Source of the DNA: Pocillopora damicornis
Lineage: Eukaryota
Assembly: GCF_003704095.1 (NCBI RefSeq)
Contig: NW_020846508.1
Span: 124,001-188,000, forward strand
Length of the DNA stretch: 64,000 nucleotides
Direction of reading: 5' to 3'
In this document: positions 39,817-56,700 of the stretch, one piece after another
Layout: every line of letters starts with the position of its first letter
How positions within the stretch are numbered: the first letter of the stretch is position 1
Program-made: the position numbers and the translations under genes
The notes under the pieces: model-generated
What the model saw: only the letters and a program-made list of their open reading frames with translations
What the model was told of the DNA's origin: nothing
Database searches by the model: none

Positions 39817-41058
39817 GTTAAATCAGATAAGCATCAATCCTGGATATTATTATAAAGCTATTCGTTTGATGATGTTTGAAGATGGAAGTACTGACCCCTG
39901 CATTAAGAATTGTCACGCTCGGCTCACAGAAAACCCAACATGCTCTGGGAGAATACAAACTGCTGGTATTGTGGCATGTGCACTTGGAATTTGACTGGTA
40001 GTTTATTGGTTTTAAAAAAATGAAGGCTTTATACAACTCTAAAATCGAATCATAAACTGACTGAGACAAGGAGCAACACCCACTAACAAGCCTTTTGCAT
40101 CTTTACTACCGCAGTTTTAAACGGCCCTTGAGATGAGAGGATACTAATTTAAGACGGACAATTGAAATGCCTGGAAAGTGAATTTCATAAAGTTCAGACT
40201 GGTGATGTAAAGAAATATATTTATAAGAACAGAAACTAGCTGCAGTTACATGAAATTCTGCTACTTTTGGCGAATGAACACTTCTAAAAGATTACAAGAG
40301 TTTGCAACCAAACAAAACCGTTCAATTAGTTCTTATTTGACGTTCGCTAATACTAAAGAGTAGAGGGCTTAGCCGCCCCCCCTCCCAATTTTCGCTTGTA
40401 CGAGCTGCAGCCCTCCCCTGCCCTTGCTGCTCTGCCGCCTCTTACAAGATTAGTTTTTCAACACGTCTTTAATAATTTGTAATCCGTGTTCATCTTTTCC
40501 CTCCTTAACAGTCGTCCTTCGTTTTTCCTATATTATTTCCACTTTGATGTTTGTCTACCGTAACAAGTAATAATCGTAGGATTTTTTTTTAATTTAAGAT
40601 AAATCTCTATGATGCTCATAAAACTTTCACTCCCGTGGCGCTGACCCGGCGGTGGCATACCCATTAAATTTTAGTCTTATGTAACTTTATATTTTCGAAT
40701 TTCAGCTCAGAGGTTTACGCAAAGAGGTCAAAAAATAAAGACACAGTTGAGTTTGCGTGAGTTTTGATACGAATGTGTTTGTTTAGTAGCCAATTACAGG
40801 CACCAATTGAAAAATCTAGAAGTATCGAGCCTTTCATTTGAAACTGAATAATCTGCCTTAAAAAAAAAAAAGAAAAAAAATTTTTTTTTCCATATTTTTT
40901 TTTTTCAACGTCACCCACCACTACCGCAAGACAGGTCAAATAGGAGTGAAGGGCAAACAGGGGAAAGCTTGGGATACCTGTGCAAGCTTTGTTTCCAGGT
41001 CTTGTCGAGTGAAACGCCTGGAAGAAACTTGTCTTTGGTTAAAGTTCATTCGAACAAT

Positions 41059-44000
41059 ATGGCGGAATCGGTGGCGGAGGTGGCGCGTGTGTTGGAAACG
41101 TATAGAGGCAGAGAGAAACTAATGCGACTCCTTCAGTATGCCAGCTATTTGGCGAGTGGAGGGTTGCAGAAGTTGTCTTACGAGTCTAGTGCAGGAAAAT
41201 TTCGGATCTGGGCGGAAGCAATTAGTGAATGTCGGACTTTCCTTCGTTTGTTTGATGACGCTGCAATGTTGTCCTACGCACGCGATTATGGAACTGGAAA
41301 AGAGGTGGGAAATAACAGTACAACATGACACCAAAAAAAAAATGGCTTAAAAAAAGAAGAAGGAAGTACATTTTTCACTATAGAAATTTCTTCAACTTAA
41401 ACAACCCAATAACCTTAATATTCCGCTTCGGGGAATCATTATCATAGCTTCTAGAATTTTTTAGTGTAGCGTCTAGGGTCGGGAAGATTTGTTCTGATGG
41501 GTGGCTCATTACTCATTACTTCATACATATGTTAAGATTTGTTGCGGAAGCAATCATATGATGTGTCGTTATCCATGTACAAGTGTAGAGCCTTGAATTA
41601 ATTTAAAATTTATGCTTTGTGTTTTGGACTTTGTAAAGGCCCTCAACCTTTAAACTCCTAAGATCTGATTGTTAATTCTCCTCTCCAGCTGCTACAGATT
41701 TCCTTGAAAATAATTTATAACAATTTGGTGTTAGATCATGGTAACCATCAATCAATCAATCAATCAATCAATCGATCAATCAATAAACTTTATTTACCCT
41801 TGAATTTACAGTGTAGCGCTCAGGTGCTAATGTCTTTGAGCAAACTACATTAATAAATAATTATAATAAAAAGATTAATTCTATAACAAATAGGATAACT
41901 AACTACCTAGACAACTAACTAGCAAATCATCTTGATGTAGAAAGGTTTGCAGTTCCTGCCCTTTTAAGTAAATTATTGTACCCAGTAGATAACAGTCGTC
42001 GAAAAGAAGTAAAATCAGATATAGTGCAGTGATGGTCAGGAAGAGAATTCCAAGATATTGCTGCCAAGTAACGAAAGGAATTGATACCATAAGAAGAGGT
42101 CAATGGTTTAGGCAAACAGAGTATATTATGTCCTCTTAAAAAATAGGTGCTAGAGCACAAGCAAAACATATCTTTTTAATATCTTGGATAATCAGAAAAT
42201 GTAGACATTTAAAAATAGTAAGAATCATGTTTTGTAAACGCTTGTCCTTAAGGTTTACAGTTCCTACCCTTTTAATTAAATTATTGTATTCAAAGTTAAA
42301 ATCCTTGAAAACAAATTGAAGAATACGTTTGTTTAAAAGATCCAATTTAACAGAATCTTGTTTACTAGAGAAATGCAACACCATAGAACAATAATAAAAG
42401 TGAGGAAGTATTAATGCCTTATAAAGACGTAACATGGTTTCAGTAGACATCAGTTTGCTGAACCTTGTCATAACGCTAAACTGATTGTTTACCTTTTTAC
42501 ATATAGAGGACACATGTTGCTTAAACTTAAGATCTTTATCAATTGTAACGCCAAAAAGTTCCACTGAGTCATTTACTGAGAAATTAAACTTCTTTCTGAT
42601 AATTACAACAATATAACAACTTCTTTCTGATAAGTTTGTTTATTCTTATGACCTGTCTGCTGGATAATGCACTGTGTATGTGTATTATAGGGAGAAGTTA
42701 CGCATAAACCACTTCTGGAAGTTAAAGGATTAAAGTGATAAATGCATTTATTTTTCTAAAATAGTTAATTCACAACCTTGACTTGGACTGTACAGTTTAC
42801 AAAAAGGAACCTGAGGTCAGCAAAGACTGGAAGTGCACATTTGCCCACCAAATGTTTTCCTCATTCAAAGACCAGAATATGAGTCTACAAGTTTCAAAAC
42901 AAAGTCTCGATCATCTCTTATTATAAAATAATTCAAATAGTATGTGCGCTCTGATTGGCCATAAAAACCATTTTACATGAGCATATGTAAACATGGTTTT
43001 CGTTCCTCTTTCATTAGTTATTTTATAAAAGAAATGTAAAATGGTTTCTGTATTTACATAGCCCGATGAAAACACGCAGGAGGTTGGGAGAACACGAGAT
43101 AAGCGTAGGAAACCACGACGTGAAGCAGAGTGGTTTCCAGCTTATCTTGTGTTCTCCCAACCTCCTGCGTGTTTTCATCAGGCTATGTAAACACGGAAAC
43201 CATTTTACATTTCTTCATTGAACAACATTGAGAATGTTAATTTAGGAAGTTATGTAAGGGTTGCAGGTCAGGCAATTTATGTGGAATTTTTATTCATTTC
43301 CCCCCAAAAATGAATCAGTTGACAAATGGGATATGAAAGAAAATGATGAGTTCTGCTTCGCGGTATTTCCTTGGGTAGTGATCTCTGTCTGTCTTAGGAT
43401 TGTCTAAGGAATTATTATGGTTGCTATGCATTTATTGCTAATCTTAAGCAATGTCTCTACTTTATTTGAAGATTGGTGTTTTTCTTTCTGCCAGGAAAGG
43501 GACAAAGTTGTGCGCTGGACAAATCTTGTGGACATATTCTGTGGTTTGACATTTTACCCTTTGGAGCATGTTGCCTGGGCAAGGGACAAGAAACTGCTGG
43601 CTGGTAAATCTGAGAAACTATGGGACTTGTCTCTATACACTTGGATAGGATCACTTATAGCATGTATTATAAGAGACTTGTGGCTTCTCAGAAAGCTTCA
43701 GCACCTGCAAAAGAGCAGGTCAGTATCCAGTTTGGTCATGGCCTTAAAGAAATGTGTACTGTTAACTAATATAAATTGTAAAATCAGAAAATTTCTGTGA
43801 TGAATTAATTGTTTCTAGTTGATCTGAATACATGTAAAGAGCACTCCAATTTCACTTAAGCATTTTTTATTGCTAACTGCAATGAACTTTAACCCTTTAA
43901 CTCTTAAGATATGATTGTCAATTCTCCCCTGTAGCTGCTACACATTTCCTTGTAAATTAGTTATGAGAACTTGGTGCTAGATCAAGATAGCAGATTCTAC

Positions 44001-44447
44001 CTGATAAGTTTGAATATTCTCATTACCTGATTACTAAAGAATGTATGGATATTTTAGGGAGAAGTAGTATGTTAATCACTTCTGGGAGTTAAAGGGTTAA
44101 ACACATACATCTTTCATGTAGGGAAAAATATTATATTGTAGTACATTTTTCATATTTTTCTACTCAGGACACAGCTTGTCAGTGACAGCAGTGGAGATAC
44201 ACAAACATCATCATCATCCAGGCAAAATCAGATAAAATATCTACAAAGAAGACTTATCATCTCAGTGATAGGATTCACTTCTGATTTAGGAATGGCCATC
44301 CATTGGGCTCCAGCTGGTTTCCTATGGGCTGGCAAACTGTCGATTGGAACTGTTGGCCTTCTTGGGACAGTATCGTCATTTGCCGAACTGTATAAGTACT
44401 TTAAACCAGCTGCTGCATTACCTGATGAGGCTCTTGGAAGCATTTGA
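41059..44447 (+). CDS. PEX11G: Peroxisomal membrane protein 11C / PEX11 gamma (249 aa, 3 exons)
   Basis: Exons 41059-41304, 43495-43718, 44168-44447. Motifs LETYRGREKLMRLLQY, ISECRTFLRLFDD, FYPLEHVAW, and DLGMAIHWAPAGFLWAGKL..VGLLGTVSS. Confidence 0.92.
41643..42733. mobile_element. MITE subfamily A split by a LINE insertion
   Basis: The left half 41643-41747 and right half ~42615-42733 match consecutive parts of the intact copy at 43889-44100. Confidence 0.75.
41748..42585 (-). mobile_element. 5'-truncated, decayed non-LTR retrotransposon (CR1/L2-like RT C-terminus) with a (TTGA)n tail
   Basis: ELFGVTIDKDLKFKQHVSSICKKVN..LRLYKALILPHFYYCSMV.. followed by frameshifted YGINSFRYLAAISWNSLP..FRRLL. 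AATAAA/microsatellite tail at 41748-41795. Confidence 0.88.
43029..43215. repeat. Long near-perfect inverted repeat (arms about 87 bp, 13-nt loop) in PEX11G intron 1
   Basis: 43029-43116 is the reverse complement of 43130-43215, with about 4 transitions and a small indel. Confidence 0.92.
43889..44100. mobile_element. Intact MITE, subfamily A (piggyBac-like TTAA + CCCT ends)
   Basis: TTAACCCTTTAACTC ... GAGTTAAAGGGTTAA form perfect 15-bp inverted ends. Confidence 0.88.
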
Positions 44448-44921
44448 TGTTACAGAACTGATTTTTGTTTTCTTGTCACCAACATACATGTAGTTTATCG
44501 ATGGAAATAGCACTCAATGTACTGTGTATTTAAATACTTCATGCATTTTTACGTCAAAAGAAAGCATAATTATAAATCAAGTATAGCTTGTCATTTCAGA
44601 ACCAAAATTGAATACTAAACATTGAATCAGTTGTAAATTATTGCTCCCAATTCTCTGTCCTTCTCTCACCATGCTATTTAGTAATCAGCAGGGGGAATAA
44701 GTCAAAGGAATGGAAAAAATATGGAGACATTCTTGTATAATGTTCTTTAAATTAATTTTAAAAAGCTCTAGAAGCAAAGAAATACAAGAAATAAAAATCA
44801 CATCACATTTCAGGATCTTGTCAGATTTTTTTCCTTTATTTGCTGAGTGAGGTAGACATATTTTTGTTAATTAGTGAGAATCACTTGCAAGGCCCTGGGA
44901 AACAATGCCCATTCAGTTCTC

Positions 44922-45131
44922 TTAACCTCCTACACCTGAATATGAGCAGCTATATTCTCCATACTATTCTCTACACATTTTTGAAGGTGTTGAGGAGGAG
45001 AGTTTGTCCAACAATCAAGAGATTCCTCAGTTGGTGGTGATTTCTTTATTCTTGTGACCTTACTTTGTGATTAAAGGGTGATAATGTAAGGAAAGATTAG
45101 ATGTTAGTCACTCTTCTGGGTCAAAGGGTTT
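44922..45131. mobile_element. MITE, subfamily B
   Basis: TTAACCTCCTACACC ... GGGTCAAAGGGTT; internal sequence shared with 7629 and 56141. Confidence 0.7.
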
Positions 45132-45890
45132 TAAAAACTTGAAACAACTTTCCAGCCTGTTATTATGCATCACACCAGAAAATTTAGCTCTGTTATCATC
45201 CTGGTCAGGGCATATACTAGACTAAGCAATTGCATATCTGGAGGAGTATTAGAAAAATCATACTGCTGGACACCTCTTTTCTCTCTTGACACAGAACAAG
45301 AGTGTAAGGTGAGGGGAAATTGGGACAAATCAGGGTGTGCCATGTCCCTTGGTCTTAATCCAGCCCCTTACTATTAATTTTTCAATTATACCTCAACCTT
45401 CCCCTCACACCAGTGGGACAGAAAATGAACAGGCATTCAGTAAAAGTTCACATATAAACTAGTTTTCACAGGTCATGAATTTTATAACACCAGTAGTTCT
45501 ATTAATAGCTGGTTGCTAGGTTCTACTGTCACTATTAAGACCTCTCACCACTGTCCTTGGTATGTCCCCCTGCCCTCCCTCCCCCCCCCCATTTTTTAGC
45601 ACAACTGCCTATAGCACTTCTAATAGCTGCTTATGGAGAAAGTTATTAAAACCTGCAGAACACATAATTTTAAAAATTGACTTCTTACTTTGTACTTTCC
45701 AATAAGAAAGAGAAGAAAGTAAATCCTTTGGTGCCTGAGGTTTTTATTTTATTAGTGCCTTAAGGCCTTCATTAGCAGCCTTGACAAGGCTACTTTCCAT
45801 GGCTTGAAGCCACTACATTTTAATTTCTTTGAGATACATTCTTCCTTTAAGTGAGCTTCATGTACACTGTGATGTAGCTTGTATACAGTA

Positions 45891-50472
<4,582 letters not shown>

Positions 50473-50749
50473 GTTTGATAGCCGTCCAAAGACATTGAAG
50501 TTGTGAAATGATTTTGGCGCGAAATGAAGCGACGCGAGGGTAAATGAAATAATTTATATAGGCCGCCATCGTAGAGAAGATTTGATTGGTTACCAGCTCG
50601 CATACTGATTGGTCCACAAATCAAAGCAAAACATAAGGAAGAAGCGTTGGTAAAAACGAAATATTCTGTGTGGAAATTTACCGGCGGATAAGAAGTTTTA
50701 TCTTCATTTTTTAAAACTAAAACTTAACATAATCGTGTCGTAATTTACC
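50473..50749. promoter_or_regulatory. Bidirectional promoter shared by DHFR-2 and CPT1
   Basis: 277 bp separate the divergent ATGs. It contains a YY1-like GCCGCCAT at 50562 and two inverted CCAAT boxes (GATTGG at ~50584 and ~50607), and is CpG-rich. Confidence 0.75.
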
Positions 50750-53700
50750 ATGGCTGAAGCCAGGGCGGCTGTTACAAGCCCCGATGTCCATCTACACGCC
50801 GAAGGGACCAGCAAAACAGAAGCCGAAGTTGAATTGCTGAAGAGTACTTTATTATCTCTTAAGAGATGTGCTTTCAGAACTCGGTAAGTTCAGGCGAGTG
50901 ATTTCCGATACCTTGATCGTTTTACATGTAACACCTTATGACATTTTTACTGTTTCCCTTTGAGAATGTTTAAAATGAAGGTCTTTCTCTCTCAGTATTT
51001 ACGATTTGAACTTTCGGAAAACTTTTATTTCCACATACGTCGCAGTTTTACGAGAGTTTTGTTGTAGTTATCACCACCAACAATGATATTTGAAAGCAAA
51101 TAATAATGATACAACGTGAAAACTTTTGATCTCGATACTTTCGATCGAAACTAGGTTTTCAAAGCAAGCACATTGATTCTCTGCAGTTTACAGCGCGTGG
51201 TCGTATATTTTTTCGTACATTCCGGCGAATTATTGAAGAGGACGCGATACACGCACAGTATCGTTAGTTTAGATCCTGCTTTGACAAATTATTTCAAGAA
51301 GTAATCGCCGTACACTTCGTCAGAGATGAATAGAAGCAGAAATTCCTTGTAGTGTTGTCTAAATTGTAATTTTACAGACCAAATTTATAAAATTAAAATT
51401 CTGTTTATAAGACGATTACCACCTAATCCATATTTGAATACGACGAAAGAGCTTTGCCTTCCTTCCGCACGTTTACGTTTTTTCCCTCGAGGTCGAATCA
51501 TCTACTCTGGCAGGATTTTAATACAACACTTATTAAGTTTCTCTTACTATTGTTTTGGCTCACCAAAGCGTTTTTTTCAGCATATCAAATTTTTGCGTGC
51601 TTGGAAGATGTTTTGAAACGGACTTTGAACCCTGCAGCTCTGGCATCCTGTCCCTTCAGATCAAACCGGCCAAAAACAGGAGGCCGAGAAAATAGACCAG
51701 AATGCAATTTTTATTACGTTTAGATTTTATTGAAAAAGAAATTAAGATTTTTCAGTTTCATGGAAAGAATATACAGTTCATGTTAATTGTACAGTCAATC
51801 AAAGTATAATGGCAGTAATACAATGGCAATCTTCACTTCATTAATTTTGCAATTGAATTGTGTGAGGAAATTAAAGCTTGGAACATCATGGCTTAGGGTA
51901 TTAGGAAAGTTTTCATCCAAGTCTTTAAAATGCCAGATGCTTTAAATTTTGAAAAAATCTTAGTCATGTTTCTTGGTTGTGATGGCATATAGAGGCACTA
52001 ATCTAGCAGGTCTAAACTGGCACTGAAGTATTTATCAATTGGCATCTATAAATATCTCCTCTCCATGTAAAGTTCTTGCAGAAATTTATCATTTGTGACT
52101 CTTGTTATCCTGTAGTGCTTTCAGAAAACCAGAAGGGAAACAAACATTAAAATAAATTCTTCAATAAAATAAATTCTTCAATACCAAGTTTGACTGAACA
52201 GAGGAAATGACTACCAGAGCATACACATACACTAACAATGAGTTGAGAGATGTTATCCATTAGATTTGGATGGTTTCCTTGGTGGTCCTATTCACTTACT
52301 TAGCTATGGATAGCCACATCTGAGGCATTAAAGATATTGAAGCCCTTGTGAGCTATGAACTTTTTTCTCCTTGGGATCATTACACAGCATTCTCCCTTGT
52401 TTTAAGCAGGAAAGGTGAAAGAAATTTTCAAACCGGTATATTAATCCCTCTACTCGTTGAATTTTCAAGGAATTCCAAGTGAAAAGGAGACAACTGATTA
52501 CGGCTCTGCCACTCAGCAAAACTTTATTGTTTATAGCTAAAACTCATGTCAGGACCCATGATTACTGCCATACTGTTTTCCAAGCCAGATATGGTGAACT
52601 ACATGTATTTCTTGAACTGACATGGGGTTGAGTAAATTTTAATTGAATCACCGCTATTTCACCCTGGATATCGTAAAGAAACTCTCAAACAGTTCTCCAT
52701 TGTCTTAAGTAGTTTTTTTTTTTTGAGAAAAGAAATCCTCTAAAAACTGAACAAAATTGAGAAGATTTATTTGTACGTGAGAAAGCAGTGCATAGTTGAA
52801 AAAAGACAACAAAAATACGAAATTCATAAACGTGCAACAATCTAAGCAAAATTCAATTGTGACTGTGGCATGTGTAGTCATTGAAATACTGTGATGCTGT
52901 ATTGCAAGGTGACCACACATTTGTTTTGCACCTTCCCATCTTTTTGGTAGTGTACTTTACAACCTTTAAACTTCTTGGTATGTTGGTAGGCAGAAGTGAA
53001 ATCAATTCTGTATGATAATCCCGGGTATAAGTACCAGTTTCACCTTGCTACAAATAAAACTTATGGAAAAACTGTGTGCATGTACTTTTACTCTGTTCAA
53101 TTCGTGTTTGTATACTTTTTTTTTTTTTTTTTCAGCCGCCAAATAGCAAATGGATTATGGCCAACAACATGGTCCAACTTGTTGGGTGCTGTTGTGGTCA
53201 TTGCTGCTCTACTGTATGCTGCTGATTTCTACAAGCTATCGTCCCTCAAACCGTTTACAGCAGTCATATGGAAAGTGACTTATCTTCTTAATCTGGATGA
53301 GAAATATCCTTACAACCTCAGGCTTCTGTTCATTTCAGTACTGGCTGGAGTGGTGTTTTTTATTATCCTTCTCTATCTACGTCAGTATCTGTTGAGGATG
53401 CTTTTGGCTTATAGAGGGTGGATGTGTAAGTAAACTCGTTGCTTTTTAATGCTTAAACTCCCAGAAGTGATGATCATGTAATTTTTCTGTAGTATTTCTA
53501 TACATCTTTAGCAAACAGGTAAATGAGAATACTTAGTAATTCGGGCCCATTTATCATAGCCTCTATTATTTGAATTGAAGATGAGACCCCAAGATCACAA
53601 AGCAAGCTGACACTATTGTGGGGTGCAATGGTGAAAATTTGTGCTGGTCACTATCCAAAGCTGTATAGTTATCAAAACAGTCTCCCAAGAATGCCTGTAC

Positions 53701-56700
53701 CAAATCTAAGTGAAACTTGTAAAGGACTGTTGCGTTCTGTGAAGCCAATCTTGAAGGAGGATGAGTACAAGAAGATGGAGGCACTTGCTAAGGTTAGTGT
53801 TCAATTTCTATGTGGTCAGTGTTTGATTTGAACTGTACAGCTATATTTATTATAGAGTTAGTTGATATCAAATACAATTAATCGGTTTATAGTGGTTATC
53901 TTGAGCTTTATTTCATTCATGTTACTCTCATGTAGTTTGTTAGAACTAGCTTGTTTATATAAAGACAGACTACCCAACCTTTTAAGAAAAATTATTTTTA
54001 AGGACTTACCTGGTTGAATATGTTTGTATCCCTTAATTGTCTTGTACATATCATTTACATGTAGCATCAGTGAAGTGTTTGCTTGAAAAGTTAATGAACC
54101 TGATAATTTCAAAAGAATTATCAATACTGTCTTTAGGACTTTGAAAAGAACCTTGGTCCCAAGCTCCAGTTTATTTTAAAGCTGAAGTCCTGGTGGGCAC
54201 CAAATTATCATACAGATTGGTGGGAAAAATATGTGTACTGCATGGGCCGTTCTCCTTTACCTATCAACAGCAACTACTATTGTTTAGACCAGCACTGGCA
54301 TCCCACACATGTCCAAGCTTCAAGGTAAGTATTTATGCTCTGTTGTCTATCATAAACGATTTTCTGCATCAAGGCTTTGCCTGCCTTCTTTGAATACTTG
54401 AATATCACTTTCCAGTCCTGTTAGGCCATTGAGGTTTGGCTCTGGCAAGCCATAGAAAATGTACAAGATTAGATTCTGAGAAAACCAACCTTGCCTTCAT
54501 TGTAAGATTGTTTTTACATTTTGCTTACTATCTAATTAGAGTTGGATGCTAAGAAAAATTTAAATTGACCCAATTCACCTGAAATTTACAGATAATGAAT
54601 TTAAAACTTTTTAGCTGAGATGTAATATAAAACTTTTTGACTTACTCAATTATAGAGCTGCAACCATGACCTACCTTATTTTGAAGTATCATCAGGAGAT
54701 TGAAACTGAGCACTTGGAACCCCTGTTGATCAGGAAAACTATTCCCATCTGCATGTGGCAGTATGAAAGAACATTTAAGACAACCAGGTAAATTATGATA
54801 AATGCCTTAATATGATGGAACTCAAGTGAAGAAATGATGGTCACAAGTGAGCTGTAATTGAAGTAATTGCAGAAAAGAAGCCAAAAAAATGGGATGATGA
54901 TGGAATTGAAAACTGTGAGACATACATGCAAATCACCGTACAAGGTGCACAAATTTGTGGTATCCAGTCAACCATGCATAGAATCCTACTTGTACAATTT
55001 ACTTTCTTTCCTGAAAAATGAGAAATAGGTTGTTTTTACATTGTTTGTAATTTCAGAATTCCAAAAGAGGAAGTGGATGAAATAGTTCATTTTGAACACA
55101 ATGAACATGAGGTTTGCACCAAAATTTAGCTCCTTTATTGAATTTGAGTTGGTTTTTTTTTTTTTTTTTGTGGATAGAAGTTAGTCCTTTTAAGTGTTAA
55201 ACAATTTCAAAATTAAGTGCCATTGTTCCTAATCATCTTGCAGCACATAGCTGTCTTCTGTGGGGGCAATTGTTATATGTTGCCTGTTACTGATAAAGGT
55301 AAATTCATATCAGTGCTGGATTTGGAAAGTCAGTTTGAGTGGATTGTTGCTGATGCTAAACATTCTGATGGTAAGAGTTCATCATAATCTATTTTTTAGC
55401 TCAGGGTTTTCTAAGAGAAATAAGGTTGCAGCAGAATCCTGTAAATTTAAACAATATAATTATGGTTTCCATATCTGTGTACGTAGCTCATAAAGCTATT
55501 GAAATTTACTGGTAGCTAGAGAATTTTGGAAAGTGGCCAGAGAATTTTCTGATGTCTTATGAACTTTCCTGATAACTATATTACTTATGATTGATATCTT
55601 TTTTAATCTTTAAGTGTTAAATCTGTTTCACTGTAGTTATTTTTATTGTGGGTTTTTTTGCTTGATAATGTATAAACATGTATGCATTGCTAGTTTCATG
55701 TAAATAATTGTTAATAGATGCAAAGCTGAGGCTATCAACTGACTATAATTTTATTAAAATGTAATATAACTTAATAAAAGAAGCTCAGAAAAGTACAAAT
55801 CAAAGATATTGTTGGGATCACTGCAAGTTGAAAGCAAGTCATATTTGTTCAAAGTGAATTGGTCTTGTAACCTGAATACCAGAATTGTGTCATGTTCATG
55901 ATTGATGTCTTTTTCTTCCAAATTTAGTCACCAAAGACCAGCCTGATGGAAGTGTACCAGCACTGACAGCTCTACCAAGAACAGAGTGGGCCAAAATCAG
56001 AAAAGAATACTTTTCTGAGAGTCTGAATCGACAAACCCTGGAGGCAATAGAAGAGGCTATGTTTGTGGTAAAATAACAGATTGTTATTTAAACCAACAAC
56101 AACAATAGAAACATCAACAAGCTACTTTTTTAATGTGGTGTAAACCCCTTTGCACCATAACATAAGTATCCATATTCTCCATACCCTCTCTGTAAGTTTC
56201 TTTTGGAACTCACTAGGAGAATTTGTTTGACAATCAAAGCTTCTTACGTTGATGATCATTTCCTCTATACTTATACTTAGGGTTAGCTTTATGAATGATT
56301 CAGCAGTAGTACTGTGAGGGGAAATTAGATGCTGGGCACTTCTAGGGTTTGAATTGTGTCCCTTAGTTGAAGTTTTCCTGTGTCCTCATCACCTTTTTTC
56401 TTGACAATGTACTTGTTCCATTGGTACAAATCACTTACACCTGTAGTAGCTAGTCTTTGCAGTAAGTGAAATACAGCTCTGGCTGCAGCTTTCATCACCA
56501 GTTTGGTGTCTTTACATTGCAGGTCATTCTGGATGAGAATTCCTTCACTGATTTGACTGAACGCTCAAAGTATCTACTGCATGGTGATGGGCGTAGCTTT
56601 TGGTTTGATAAAAGTTTCTGTTTGATGGTATTTTCTGATGGTAGATGTGGGATCAATGCTGAGCATTCTTGGGCTGATGCACCTGTCATTGGGCACATGT

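Noticed and set aside
42136-42564. 142-aa ORF as a host gene
   Set aside because: It is a decayed LINE RT C-terminus with a frameshift and a microsatellite tail.
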